The notes beneath the pieces are model-generated. The model was not told the DNA's origin and made no database searches. It saw only the letters and a program-made list of their open reading frames with translations. From a virus: a stretch of DNA of 64,000 nt. The position numbers and the translations under genes were made by a program. Numbering within the stretch: position 1 is the stretch's first letter; every line of letters starts with the position of its first letter. Positions 56,828 to 64,000 of the stretch are shown here, one piece after another. The DNA lies in IMG/VR virus record IMGVR_UViG_3300043410_000542, positions 1-64,000 of that record; one strand, written 5' to 3'.

Positions 56828-57539
56828 AGCAACTACAGGGATCGACCTAGTCGACCAACGTAGCACACTTTATTACAGTAAGTATCAGTTTAGGGCACGT
56901 ATTACGCTAGATGGTTTGAACAGAACCTACTATGCTAAGAACTTTGCGGAGTACCAAAAAGTTATTGACCGTAACAAAAACAAGTCTAGTAAACGTTTGC
57001 GTGAGGAACTTGACAAAATCGATATGGCTAGTGTAGAACGTTATATTGATTGGCGGAACAAAGCCAAGGGCAATAAAACTGCAATGATTCGTGTCGAGGG
57101 CAACACTGCAGGCGTTTTCAGTAACGATTTGCAGTTATTGAAAACGCTAGAAGCTATTGCACCGGGTATTGCGACGGTCGATTACACTGAGGTAGACCAG
57201 TCTATCCCGCATGGCACAAAGTATTACGTCAAACAACCTAAACATAACTATCGTGTTTATCTAAAATCTAAGCGAGTAGATAAAGCATGGAAAGAAAGTT
57301 TATCTAGGTTCATTGACAGATACAAGAATACTGAGACGGTTGTGGTTCCTAGCACAGCATTGAAATGGTGGTTAGAACCTAATAAAAATTCAAATCATTG
57401 GTACTGGAATGATAGCTATTGTTCTAGTCATTATTTCATTGATTTTGACCAAGAATCAACCGACACACTGTTTGCATTGATGTTCGGGGACATGATTAGC
57501 AGACGTTTCAAACTAGAAAAACGACCCGATCCTGTTTAA
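56799..57539 (+). CDS. hypothetical protein
   Basis: AGGAG RBS upstream. Confidence 0.75.
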   Translation: MALSKSHPNKATTGIDLVDQRSTLYYSKYQFRARITLDGLNRTYYAKNFAEYQKVIDRNKNKSSKRLREELDKIDMASVERYIDWRNKAKGNKTAMIRVEGNTAGVFSNDLQLLKTLEAIAPGIATVDYTEVDQSIPHGTKYYVKQPKHNYRVYLKSKRVDKAWKESLSRFIDRYKNTETVVVPSTALKWWLEPNKNSNHWYWNDSYCSSHYFIDFDQESTDTLFALMFGDMISRRFKLEKRPDPV

Positions 57540-57543
57540 CTAT

Positions 57544-57572
57544 GATAAATACTCTATTACATAGGGTATTTA
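57544..57572 (+). promoter_or_regulatory. late promoter with RBS-sequestering hairpin
   Basis: GATAAATA; TAAATACTCTAT/ATAGGGTATTTA stem (one G-U pair). Confidence 0.7.
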
Positions 57573-57574
57573 CC

Positions 57575-57742
57575 ATGGCAAAGATCGTAGAAGATGTACT
57601 AGTCATCAAATTCAGCAAAATCGTTAAAGATTCTGAAACAGAAACTTCAGGAATCGCAGGACATGACGTTCAGCAAGCATTAGAACAAGTCGCCCAAGAA
57701 TTAGTTGGCGACACCGTTGTCGTAGAAGTGGTAAGAGCATAA
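57575..57742 (+). CDS. small late protein
   Basis: MAKIVEDV start after the late promoter. Confidence 0.7.
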   Translation: MAKIVEDVLVIKFSKIVKDSETETSGIAGHDVQQALEQVAQELVGDTVVVEVVRA

Positions 57743-58098
57743 TGGCACAAACTACTATATTAACTCTTTTGCCTCAAACTAACGCAGTTGTAGTTGGTAC
57801 TAAACAGCCTGCAGCCTGCTACTACGTTTCAGGTAAGATTATGCAAACAATCACATGGAAAGCTACAGGTTTCATCGGAACAGCAGTAGTTCAAGCTAGT
57901 CTAGTTGACGATCCACAAACTGACAGTGATTGGTTTACTGTGTATAACTTAGTTTGTACATTGAACAACGGCAACGGCGGAACATTAGATACCCCTAAAT
58001 TTGCGTACATGAACATTCAAGGTAACTTTGCATGGGTTCGTGCTAAAGTTACATCATATACTTCAGGTACATTAGATTATTTGAAGGTCTGTTACTAA
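57742..58098 (+). CDS. putative structural beta-sandwich protein
   Basis: Resembles the C-terminal part of 7742-8494 (GT..VQ.S....DW). Confidence 0.65.
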   Translation: MAQTTILTLLPQTNAVVVGTKQPAACYYVSGKIMQTITWKATGFIGTAVVQASLVDDPQTDSDWFTVYNLVCTLNNGNGGTLDTPKFAYMNIQGNFAWVRAKVTSYTSGTLDYLKVCY

Positions 58099-58099
58099 G

Positions 58100-60793
58100 A
58101 TGGCTACGATTGTTGTTTATGGCGGTGGTTTTCAGCCGTTTCACGTAGGTCATTTATCTAGTTACCTACAAGCAAAGAAAGCATTCCCTAATGCCGCTTT
58201 ATATGTTGCTGCTAGTAACGATACTAAGCAACGTCCTATCCCGTTCAAAGATAAACAATTCTTAGCACAGCAAGCTGGTGTTAAGGATCCAATGGTCGAG
58301 ACTAGAAATCCTATCAACCCAGTTGAGATTTTAAGTCAGTACGATCCAAACAAAGATGTGTATATCATTGTTCGCAGTGAACGTGATCCTATGCCATATA
58401 CAAAGAAAGATGGTAGTCCTGCATATTATCAGCCATATGTTCCGGGCGAACCAATGCAACCTTTCAGCAAACATGGTTATGTGTTTGTGACAAAGAAGCA
58501 CACGTTCATGGTCGGTGGACATGAAATCTATTCAGGTACTCAGGTGCGTGACATGTATACTAGTGCAAATGACAAAGGTAGAATGGAATTGATCCATGAA
58601 CTTTATCCTAATAGCAAACAACAACTAACAATTAAGAAAATGCTAGACAAGTATTTGGCTGCAGGCCCAATAACTACAGGAAGTGCTGTGTCTAAACTAA
58701 AACAAAAGAAATTAGCGGAACATATTAAGAAGATTCGTCCTCTGTTGAAAGAAGCTACAGGTGAACAAAAGTTAAAGTTAATGAAACTTATGAAATCTGC
58801 TTTAAATGAGAATAGAATCATGGATCGTAACGCATTGATTAATGCTTACTATGTTTCTACAAAAGGTGACCGTCACAAAGTTGCAGAGAAGATTCCCTAT
58901 TATCTATTAGACAGGCTAGTGGGGTTATTGACTAAGAAATACAATATCACAATGAACGATATTGAAGTTCGTCCTGCCGACAAGAATCAATATCGTAGAA
59001 CACACCAGCCTGAATTAGCAGAGAAGAAAGAAAATGATATCGGTGACGAGTTCACAGATCCAACTGCTAAACGTGCATTAGACTTAGCTAAACAACATTA
59101 TCCGGGTTCCAAGTCTAAACAAGAAGCGTTTATTAAGTTTGTCCAACGTTCATTAGCTCACGCCGAGCAAGATGATAGACAACAGGATCAACAGATTCAA
59201 CGTTTAGAACAAGAGTTAGCACAGATTAAACAAGCGTTGTTGAATCAACAAGGTGTTCAAGAAACAGCATTGCAAGGTCAAGATGATTTAGATGCAAAAC
59301 GTCAATCACTACAGCAGATGGAGCTTGAGCCTGGTCATGACAAAGAAGCTATTCGTCAACGTAAGTTAGACTTAGATAGAGAAGCACGTGCCAAGAACTT
59401 ACAAGAGTTCGCAGTAGATGACAACAGTGGTGACAGTGAAGATGCATTCTTCAAATACGCCAAAATGTGGTACAATGGTGACTTGCAAGTACAACAACAA
59501 GTTGAACAAATCTTAGCTAATGCTGGTTGGGAAATCGGTGAATTAGAATCAGAAGAAGGTGGCGCATTCATCGTTCAATCTGGTGATGAAAATGGTGACA
59601 CTTACCTGGGTTGGTCAGCAGAACAACTTCAAGGTTTAAATGAGTTCGCACCGAACGGCTTTGATGGATTTGAAGATGACAATAGAGTACCGATGCACTT
59701 TGTCGTTGAAAAAGAATTGTATAACCGTCGTAGTAAGTGGAAGAAGTCTAGAGATGCTGATGGCGTTATCTTATTTGCTACTAAACAACAAGCAATTCAA
59801 GCCGCAGAAAAGTTCAACAAGCTAGATCCAAATCGTGAATTCGCTTACGGTGGGACACAAATGGTTCATGTAGATGATGAAGATTTAGATGAAGGTTTCG
59901 ACAAAGAAGAATTCCGCAGACACATGAAAGATTTGGAAGCACGTGAAGAATTACGCAAGACTGATCCAGTAAGTGCAAAAGCATTAGACTTGCGTGGACA
60001 ACTGCCACAACAATCTAAAAAGAAACCAGAAGATGATTCAATGAGCATCAATGATCCACGTCATCCTGGCTACTCTTATACTGAGATAGGGCATCACAAA
60101 GTTGACGAAGGTGATGTAGTTCAATTTCCTAAGAAGCATCGCGGTGATATAAGTGACATGCACGAATGTCCAAAGTGTGGCGGAGACTTACAAGGCGGCA
60201 AGTACATGGGGCATCAAGTTCAAGTATGTATGCCATGCAAGCAAGTATATCTTCCACCTAATAGTGGTATTGACCAACAGGGCAATAAGATTAAAGAAGC
60301 TATCGGTCGTAGAGGTATTCTTAAAGGCTTAGGTGCAGCAATGGCTGCAGGTGCAGCAGGTAAAGCAAGTGCTATCGCAGGAGCTTTTCCAACACCAAGT
60401 CATCAACAAGCTATGTACAAAGCGGCCGCAGATAGTAACGCTGCCCAAGCTCGTGCTGATGCAGCCGAGAAAGCAAAGCGTGATGCACAGCGTTTGAAAC
60501 AAGGTACAGCCGACATTGAAAGACTAAACAAAATCAACTATCACGGTGGCAAAGTTACTCCTATCAATGCTACATGGGATGGCGACAGTGACTTCATGGA
60601 TGTAGATGGTACAAAGTACGCTATGGCAAGTAGAATGCCTATCAAAGGTGATGAGCCTGGCAATATGAAACTTGTATCTACTAAAGAAGGACGTCAAGTT
60701 TACATGTGGACACGCAACAGCTTGAAAGGTGTTGTAGGTCGTTACTTCTACCCAGCACCAGCAAACGAATCCGACGACTATTTGGACGAATAA
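58100..60793 (+). CDS. cytidylyltransferase-like (HIGH) domain fused to a multi-module tail; putative head polyprotein
   Basis: YGGGFQPFHVGH, SGTQVR; modules separated by [LIV]xE; CPKC..CMPC; GRRGILK. Confidence 0.8.
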   Translation: MATIVVYGGGFQPFHVGHLSSYLQAKKAFPNAALYVAASNDTKQRPIPFKDKQFLAQQAGVKDPMVETRNPINPVEILSQYDPNKDVYIIVRSERDPMPYTKKDGSPAYYQPYVPGEPMQPFSKHGYVFVTKKHTFMVGGHEIYSGTQVRDMYTSANDKGRMELIHELYPNSKQQLTIKKMLDKYLAAGPITTGSAVSKLKQKKLAEHIKKIRPLLKEATGEQKLKLMKLMKSALNENRIMDRNALINAYYVSTKGDRHKVAEKIPYYLLDRLVGLLTKKYNITMNDIEVRPADKNQYRRTHQPELAEKKENDIGDEFTDPTAKRALDLAKQHYPGSKSKQEAFIKFVQRSLAHAEQDDRQQDQQIQRLEQELAQIKQALLNQQGVQETALQGQDDLDAKRQSLQQMELEPGHDKEAIRQRKLDLDREARAKNLQEFAVDDNSGDSEDAFFKYAKMWYNGDLQVQQQVEQILANAGWEIGELESEEGGAFIVQSGDENGDTYLGWSAEQLQGLNEFAPNGFDGFEDDNRVPMHFVVEKELYNRRSKWKKSRDADGVILFATKQQAIQAAEKFNKLDPNREFAYGGTQMVHVDDEDLDEGFDKEEFRRHMKDLEAREELRKTDPVSAKALDLRGQLPQQSKKKPEDDSMSINDPRHPGYSYTEIGHHKVDEGDVVQFPKKHRGDISDMHECPKCGGDLQGGKYMGHQVQVCMPCKQVYLPPNSGIDQQGNKIKEAIGRRGILKGLGAAMAAGAAGKASAIAGAFPTPSHQQAMYKAAADSNAAQARADAAEKAKRDAQRLKQGTADIERLNKINYHGGKVTPINATWDGDSDFMDVDGTKYAMASRMPIKGDEPGNMKLVSTKEGRQVYMWTRNSLKGVVGRYFYPAPANESDDYLDE

Positions 60794-60807
60794 AAATATT
60801 TCGTACC

Positions 60808-60844
60808 CCTCTTTAAAGTGTAAATATTTTCATCTTTAAAGAGG
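60808..60844 (+). promoter_or_regulatory. late-like promoter in the loop of an RBS-sequestering hairpin
   Basis: CCTCTTTAAAG/CTTTAAAGAGG perfect stem; TGTAAATA at 60819-60826. Confidence 0.7.
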
Positions 60845-60849
60845 ACCAA

Positions 60850-61815
60850 ATGGCAACAAAGAAAACAACAGCAAAACCCGCAGCAAAAAAAGCTGCTCCA
60901 GTTAAAGCAGCAGCGGCTAAGAAAGCTCCTGCAAAGGCACCGGCAAAAGCAACTAAGGCTACGAAATCTGTCGAACCAAAGACAGTTCCAGTAGAACGAG
61001 TTCAAGAAATTGCTGAACAGGCTGCACAAGAACAACAACAAAAACAGGCTCAACAAGGGCAAGTTCAAGTTAACGTTGACTTCTTGAAAACAACTAAAGT
61101 CCACATTGCAATGCCATGCTATGGTGGCATGTTGACAGAATCTACATTCATGTCATTCATCAAATGGGCTAACACTGCTCGTCAATTGGGTATTGATTGG
61201 ACATTGGAAACAATGGTCAACGAATCACTAATCTCACGTGCTCGTAACACACTAACAGCTAAGTTTTTAGAGCAAGAGGGTGCAACTCACTTGTTCTTCG
61301 TTGACGCTGACATTGGTTGGGAGCCATGGCACTTGTTAGTATTGTTGAACCGTGACGTTGATGTTATCGGTGGTTTATACCCAATGAAGACTATGCCAAT
61401 CAAGTGGGTAGTTAATGGCTTTGAAGGCGCAGAAGAAGGACCAGACGGTCTACAAGAAGTATCTAAAGCAGGTACAGGTTTCTTGTTGATGAAGCGTCAT
61501 GTATTTGAGAAATTGAAGTCTCACCCAGCTGTTAAGCAATACAAGAACGACATTGGTTTAGATCCAAAGTACGACCAACACTTGAAGACCTACTTCGATA
61601 CAGCAGTTCGTCAGAATCGTTACTACAGTGAAGACTGGACATTCTGTGAAAACTGGCGTGACTTAGGTGGTAAGATTTGGGTTGACAAGCGTGTATTGTT
61701 ACGTCACTCAGGATCTTATGTATTCTGTATGGAGAATCAAACTCACTTGTTGAATACAATCGGACCTATGTACGTTGAAGAACAACGCAAACAACAAGGT
61801 CAACAACCCCAATAA
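60850..61815 (+). CDS. GT-A fold glycosyltransferase with histone-H1-like N-terminal tail
   Basis: AMPCYGG, ESLISRARN, FFVDADIGW (DxD), GTGFLLM, SEDWTFC; K/A/P-rich start. Confidence 0.75.
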   Translation: MATKKTTAKPAAKKAAPVKAAAAKKAPAKAPAKATKATKSVEPKTVPVERVQEIAEQAAQEQQQKQAQQGQVQVNVDFLKTTKVHIAMPCYGGMLTESTFMSFIKWANTARQLGIDWTLETMVNESLISRARNTLTAKFLEQEGATHLFFVDADIGWEPWHLLVLLNRDVDVIGGLYPMKTMPIKWVVNGFEGAEEGPDGLQEVSKAGTGFLLMKRHVFEKLKSHPAVKQYKNDIGLDPKYDQHLKTYFDTAVRQNRYYSEDWTFCENWRDLGGKIWVDKRVLLRHSGSYVFCMENQTHLLNTIGPMYVEEQRKQQGQQPQ

Positions 61816-61834
61816 TAGTCTACTATTATGACAC

Positions 61835-61869
61835 AATGGTTATCGCGGAAACGTGATAACCATTTTTTT
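61835..61869 (+). terminator. GAAA terminator followed by late promoter TATAAATA (61871-61878)
   Basis: AATGGTTATCGCG-GAAA-CGTGATAACCATT followed by a T-tract. Confidence 0.85.
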
Positions 61870-61882
61870 ATATAAATACAAT

Positions 61883-62800
61883 ATGCACTTTAGAGAATTA
61901 GAGAACTTTAGCCTGAAAGATGTGGTTCACTTCCATGATGAACTGAATCAGGCCCTCTTTGATGGCGACCACTTAAACCCTGAAGTCAGAGAGCAACTAT
62001 TAGTGATTGCTAATGATTTCATGGAACATCTAGGATTACCTGATATCCATGTCCAAGACATTACATTGTCAGGATCCAACGCAGCGTACAGTTATACAAG
62101 ATTAAGTGATATCGACTTGCATTTGCTAGTGGATATATCACAGTTTGAGCATGATGACGTTTACCGTGAACTATTTGACGCTAAAAAGACAGTTTACAAC
62201 GAGAACCATGACATTATCATCAAGGGGTTTGAAGTAGAGTTATACATACAGGATGCTAACATGCCTGTTATTAGTCTAGGTGAGTACTCAGTATTAAACG
62301 ATAAGTGGATCAAGTTACCTAGAAAGAGAAAAGCAGACTTTGACCAAGTTGCTACTAAAGAAAAGTATCGTAAGATTTTCAAACTAGCACAATATGCGTT
62401 GAAGACTAGTAATGCAGAGAAGATTACCCGAGTTATCAAAACACTAAAGAAATACAGACAAGTTGGATTAGATAAGGCCGGTGAATTCAGCCCTGAGAAT
62501 CTAGCATTCAAAATATTGCGTAGGAAAGGTACAATCAAAGATTTGTACGAGAAACTAAGAGAACTACACGATGAACATTTAAGTTTAGCAGAGAATGAAC
62601 CTGATATCATGCCTGGAATTCAACAAGAATGGCAGATGTATGAATGTTCGGGGTACATTCCTAGCGAATCTGAAAAAGACGACCCACGTTGGAAGATGGC
62701 ACTGTCTGTGGACGTAACCCCACAATCAATCAAAGACAATGCACGTAGATTGGGAAGTAACATAAAAAGAAACGGCAGACCGCCGTTATTGAGACCTTAA
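61883..62800 (+). CDS. Pol-beta superfamily nucleotidyltransferase
   Basis: LSGSNAAYSY..SDIDLHL and VELY (GS..DxD..E). Confidence 0.8.
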   Translation: MHFRELENFSLKDVVHFHDELNQALFDGDHLNPEVREQLLVIANDFMEHLGLPDIHVQDITLSGSNAAYSYTRLSDIDLHLLVDISQFEHDDVYRELFDAKKTVYNENHDIIIKGFEVELYIQDANMPVISLGEYSVLNDKWIKLPRKRKADFDQVATKEKYRKIFKLAQYALKTSNAEKITRVIKTLKKYRQVGLDKAGEFSPENLAFKILRRKGTIKDLYEKLRELHDEHLSLAENEPDIMPGIQQEWQMYECSGYIPSESEKDDPRWKMALSVDVTPQSIKDNARRLGSNIKRNGRPPLLRP

Positions 62801-62809
62801 GGAATAAAC

Positions 62810-63277
62810 ATGTCAACTATTTTATATAGACCACCGTCAGTCAATACTAAATTCGATCCTGGTTTAGAATACATAGCTCAACACGAACAGCAAACAGTGT
62901 TGAATAGTACCACTGCAGCCGGCGATACTAAACAAGGTGTTGTGTTGGAACAAATCAATAACGTCATTACAAATATTGTACGTAATGACCCTGCCGATAC
63001 TGTATTGGACTTGGTTGATTTGAATCTAGTAGAATACATTTTGATTGACTCAAGCGTAACAGCCACGATCCTAACCGGCGCGCCAATAAATATTGATAGA
63101 ACAATTCGTTTAGCTCCAGCTGTAACAATGACAGGTAGAAGAATGATTGTTATTAACAGAAGTCCTTTCCAACATCTAATTGTACAGGATAGTCAGTTAA
63201 ATACTATAGTGGTTGTCGAGGGAGAGACGAGTGAAGAAATCTTGTCAGATGGATACGATTGGATAGCGGTAAACTAA
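62810..63277 (+). CDS. putative structural protein
   Basis: AAGGA RBS; C-terminal SDGYDW fibre-like motif. Confidence 0.65.
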   Translation: MSTILYRPPSVNTKFDPGLEYIAQHEQQTVLNSTTAAGDTKQGVVLEQINNVITNIVRNDPADTVLDLVDLNLVEYILIDSSVTATILTGAPINIDRTIRLAPAVTMTGRRMIVINRSPFQHLIVQDSQLNTIVVVEGETSEEILSDGYDWIAVN

Positions 63278-63278
63278 T

Positions 63279-63515
63279 ATGAAAATACAAGATTTAATTA
63301 AAGTACTAACTGATATGGCTGGCGCAGAAGAAGCTGCGGCCGCACCCGAAGAAAAACAAGAAACAATGGTATCTCCGCTACAACAAGAGTTAGAGTTACT
63401 AAAGAAAGCAACCGGCGTAGAGAGTATGTACGATGATTGCGAAGAGGAAGAATTGACAATAATAAAAAAGAACGCTGGCATACCAGTGCAACAAATACAA
63501 AGGGGAGAAATCTAA
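63279..63515 (+). CDS. small acidic putative head protein
   Basis: MKIQDLIK start; SPLQQELELLKK; IKKNAGI. Confidence 0.65.
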   Translation: MKIQDLIKVLTDMAGAEEAAAAPEEKQETMVSPLQQELELLKKATGVESMYDDCEEEELTIIKKNAGIPVQQIQRGEI

Positions 63516-64000
63516 GTGTCAAATACAAAAAAGATTAAAGCAGGCTTAGTATTACAAGAACCATCAGAGTTCATTGGACATGCTGGCACACTATTTTATA
63601 ATCCAGATACAGGTTCAATGTATCTTAGTGACGGCGTTACTCCCGGTGGTATTTCATTAGGTCAGGGCGGTGGCGGCGGTGGCTTCAGCGGTAACTATGC
63701 TGATTTGACAAACAAGCCAAACCTACAAGTTTACGCTACAAACACATATGTTGATAACAAGACAACATGGGGCAATATCACAAGCAAGCCAAGTTTTGCT
63801 GCTGTGGCAACTAGTGGTTCATATAATGACTTGACAAATAAACCTAGTATCCCTAGCTTGAGTGGCTATGCTACTGAATCATATGTTAGTAGTGCAGTAT
63901 CAGGTAAGGTTGATTCTAGCAGTTTAGCAACTGTTGCGACTAGCGGTAACTACCATGATTTGGAATACTTACCAACTATTTCTACAGTTGGTACTACTGG
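63516..64000 (+). CDS. tail fibre-like protein (3'-partial; absent from the ORF track)
   Basis: GTG start; LFYNPDTGSMYLSDGVTPGG; FSGNYADLTNKP and SGSYNDLTNKP repeats; open to the window end. Confidence 0.75.
   Translation, partial: MSNTKKIKAGLVLQEPSEFIGHAGTLFYNPDTGSMYLSDGVTPGGISLGQGGGGGGFSGNYADLTNKPNLQVYATNTYVDNKTTWGNITSKPSFAAVATSGSYNDLTNKPSIPSLSGYATESYVSSAVSGKVDSSSLATVATSGNYHDLEYLPTISTVGTT

Noticed and set aside
1-64000. Stop-codon reassignment (TAG appears rare as a stop)
   Set aside because: Conserved genes are full-length and densely packed under the standard code; the DnaE split is not caused by an in-frame stop.
1-64000. tRNA or rRNA genes
   Set aside because: Intergenic gaps are short and none showed a cloverleaf with T-loop and acceptor stem by eye; tRNAscan-SE would be needed to exclude them fully.

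Overview
The window is a 64 kb, AT-rich segment of a large T4-like (myovirus, possibly jumbo) phage genome, densely coded and mostly on the + strand. It carries replication genes (DEDDh exonuclease, DnaG-type primase, DnaB/gp41 helicase, clamp loader, dNMP kinase) and neck/tail genes (gp13, gp14, gp15, gp18 sheath, gp19 tube, gp4, fibre proteins). It also carries lysis genes (GH19 endolysin, 3TM holin), chaperones (GroES, DnaJ, ClpA) and auxiliary genes (PhoH, MazG, Pth2, NUDIX, radical SAM, glycosyltransferase). T4-type late promoters (nATAAATA) and rho-independent terminators are frequent. I saw no tRNA, rRNA, CRISPR array or integrase. Five features stand out. (1) At 1-5875, 23 translationally coupled small genes form a tandem array; 18 end in a shared C-terminal motif (..F.DE.D..WF.L[RK]Wx-stop) whose DNA (TTGAGGTGG-NNA-TGA) also forms the Shine-Dalgarno and start codon of the next gene, giving a cassette-like array. 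(2) A miniaturised family-C (DnaE-like) polymerase is split into two genes about 41 kb apart, with no intein. (3) Predicted capsid-packaged polyproteins are punctuated by [LIV]xE prohead-protease-like sites, one of which would expose a hidden twin-arginine-like signal. (4) RBS-sequestering hairpins recur around late promoters, and several sigma70 promoters appear to give leaderless mRNAs. (5) A three-way-junction RNA leader lies at 18087-18140. All functional calls are by-eye motif recognition; no database searches were run.
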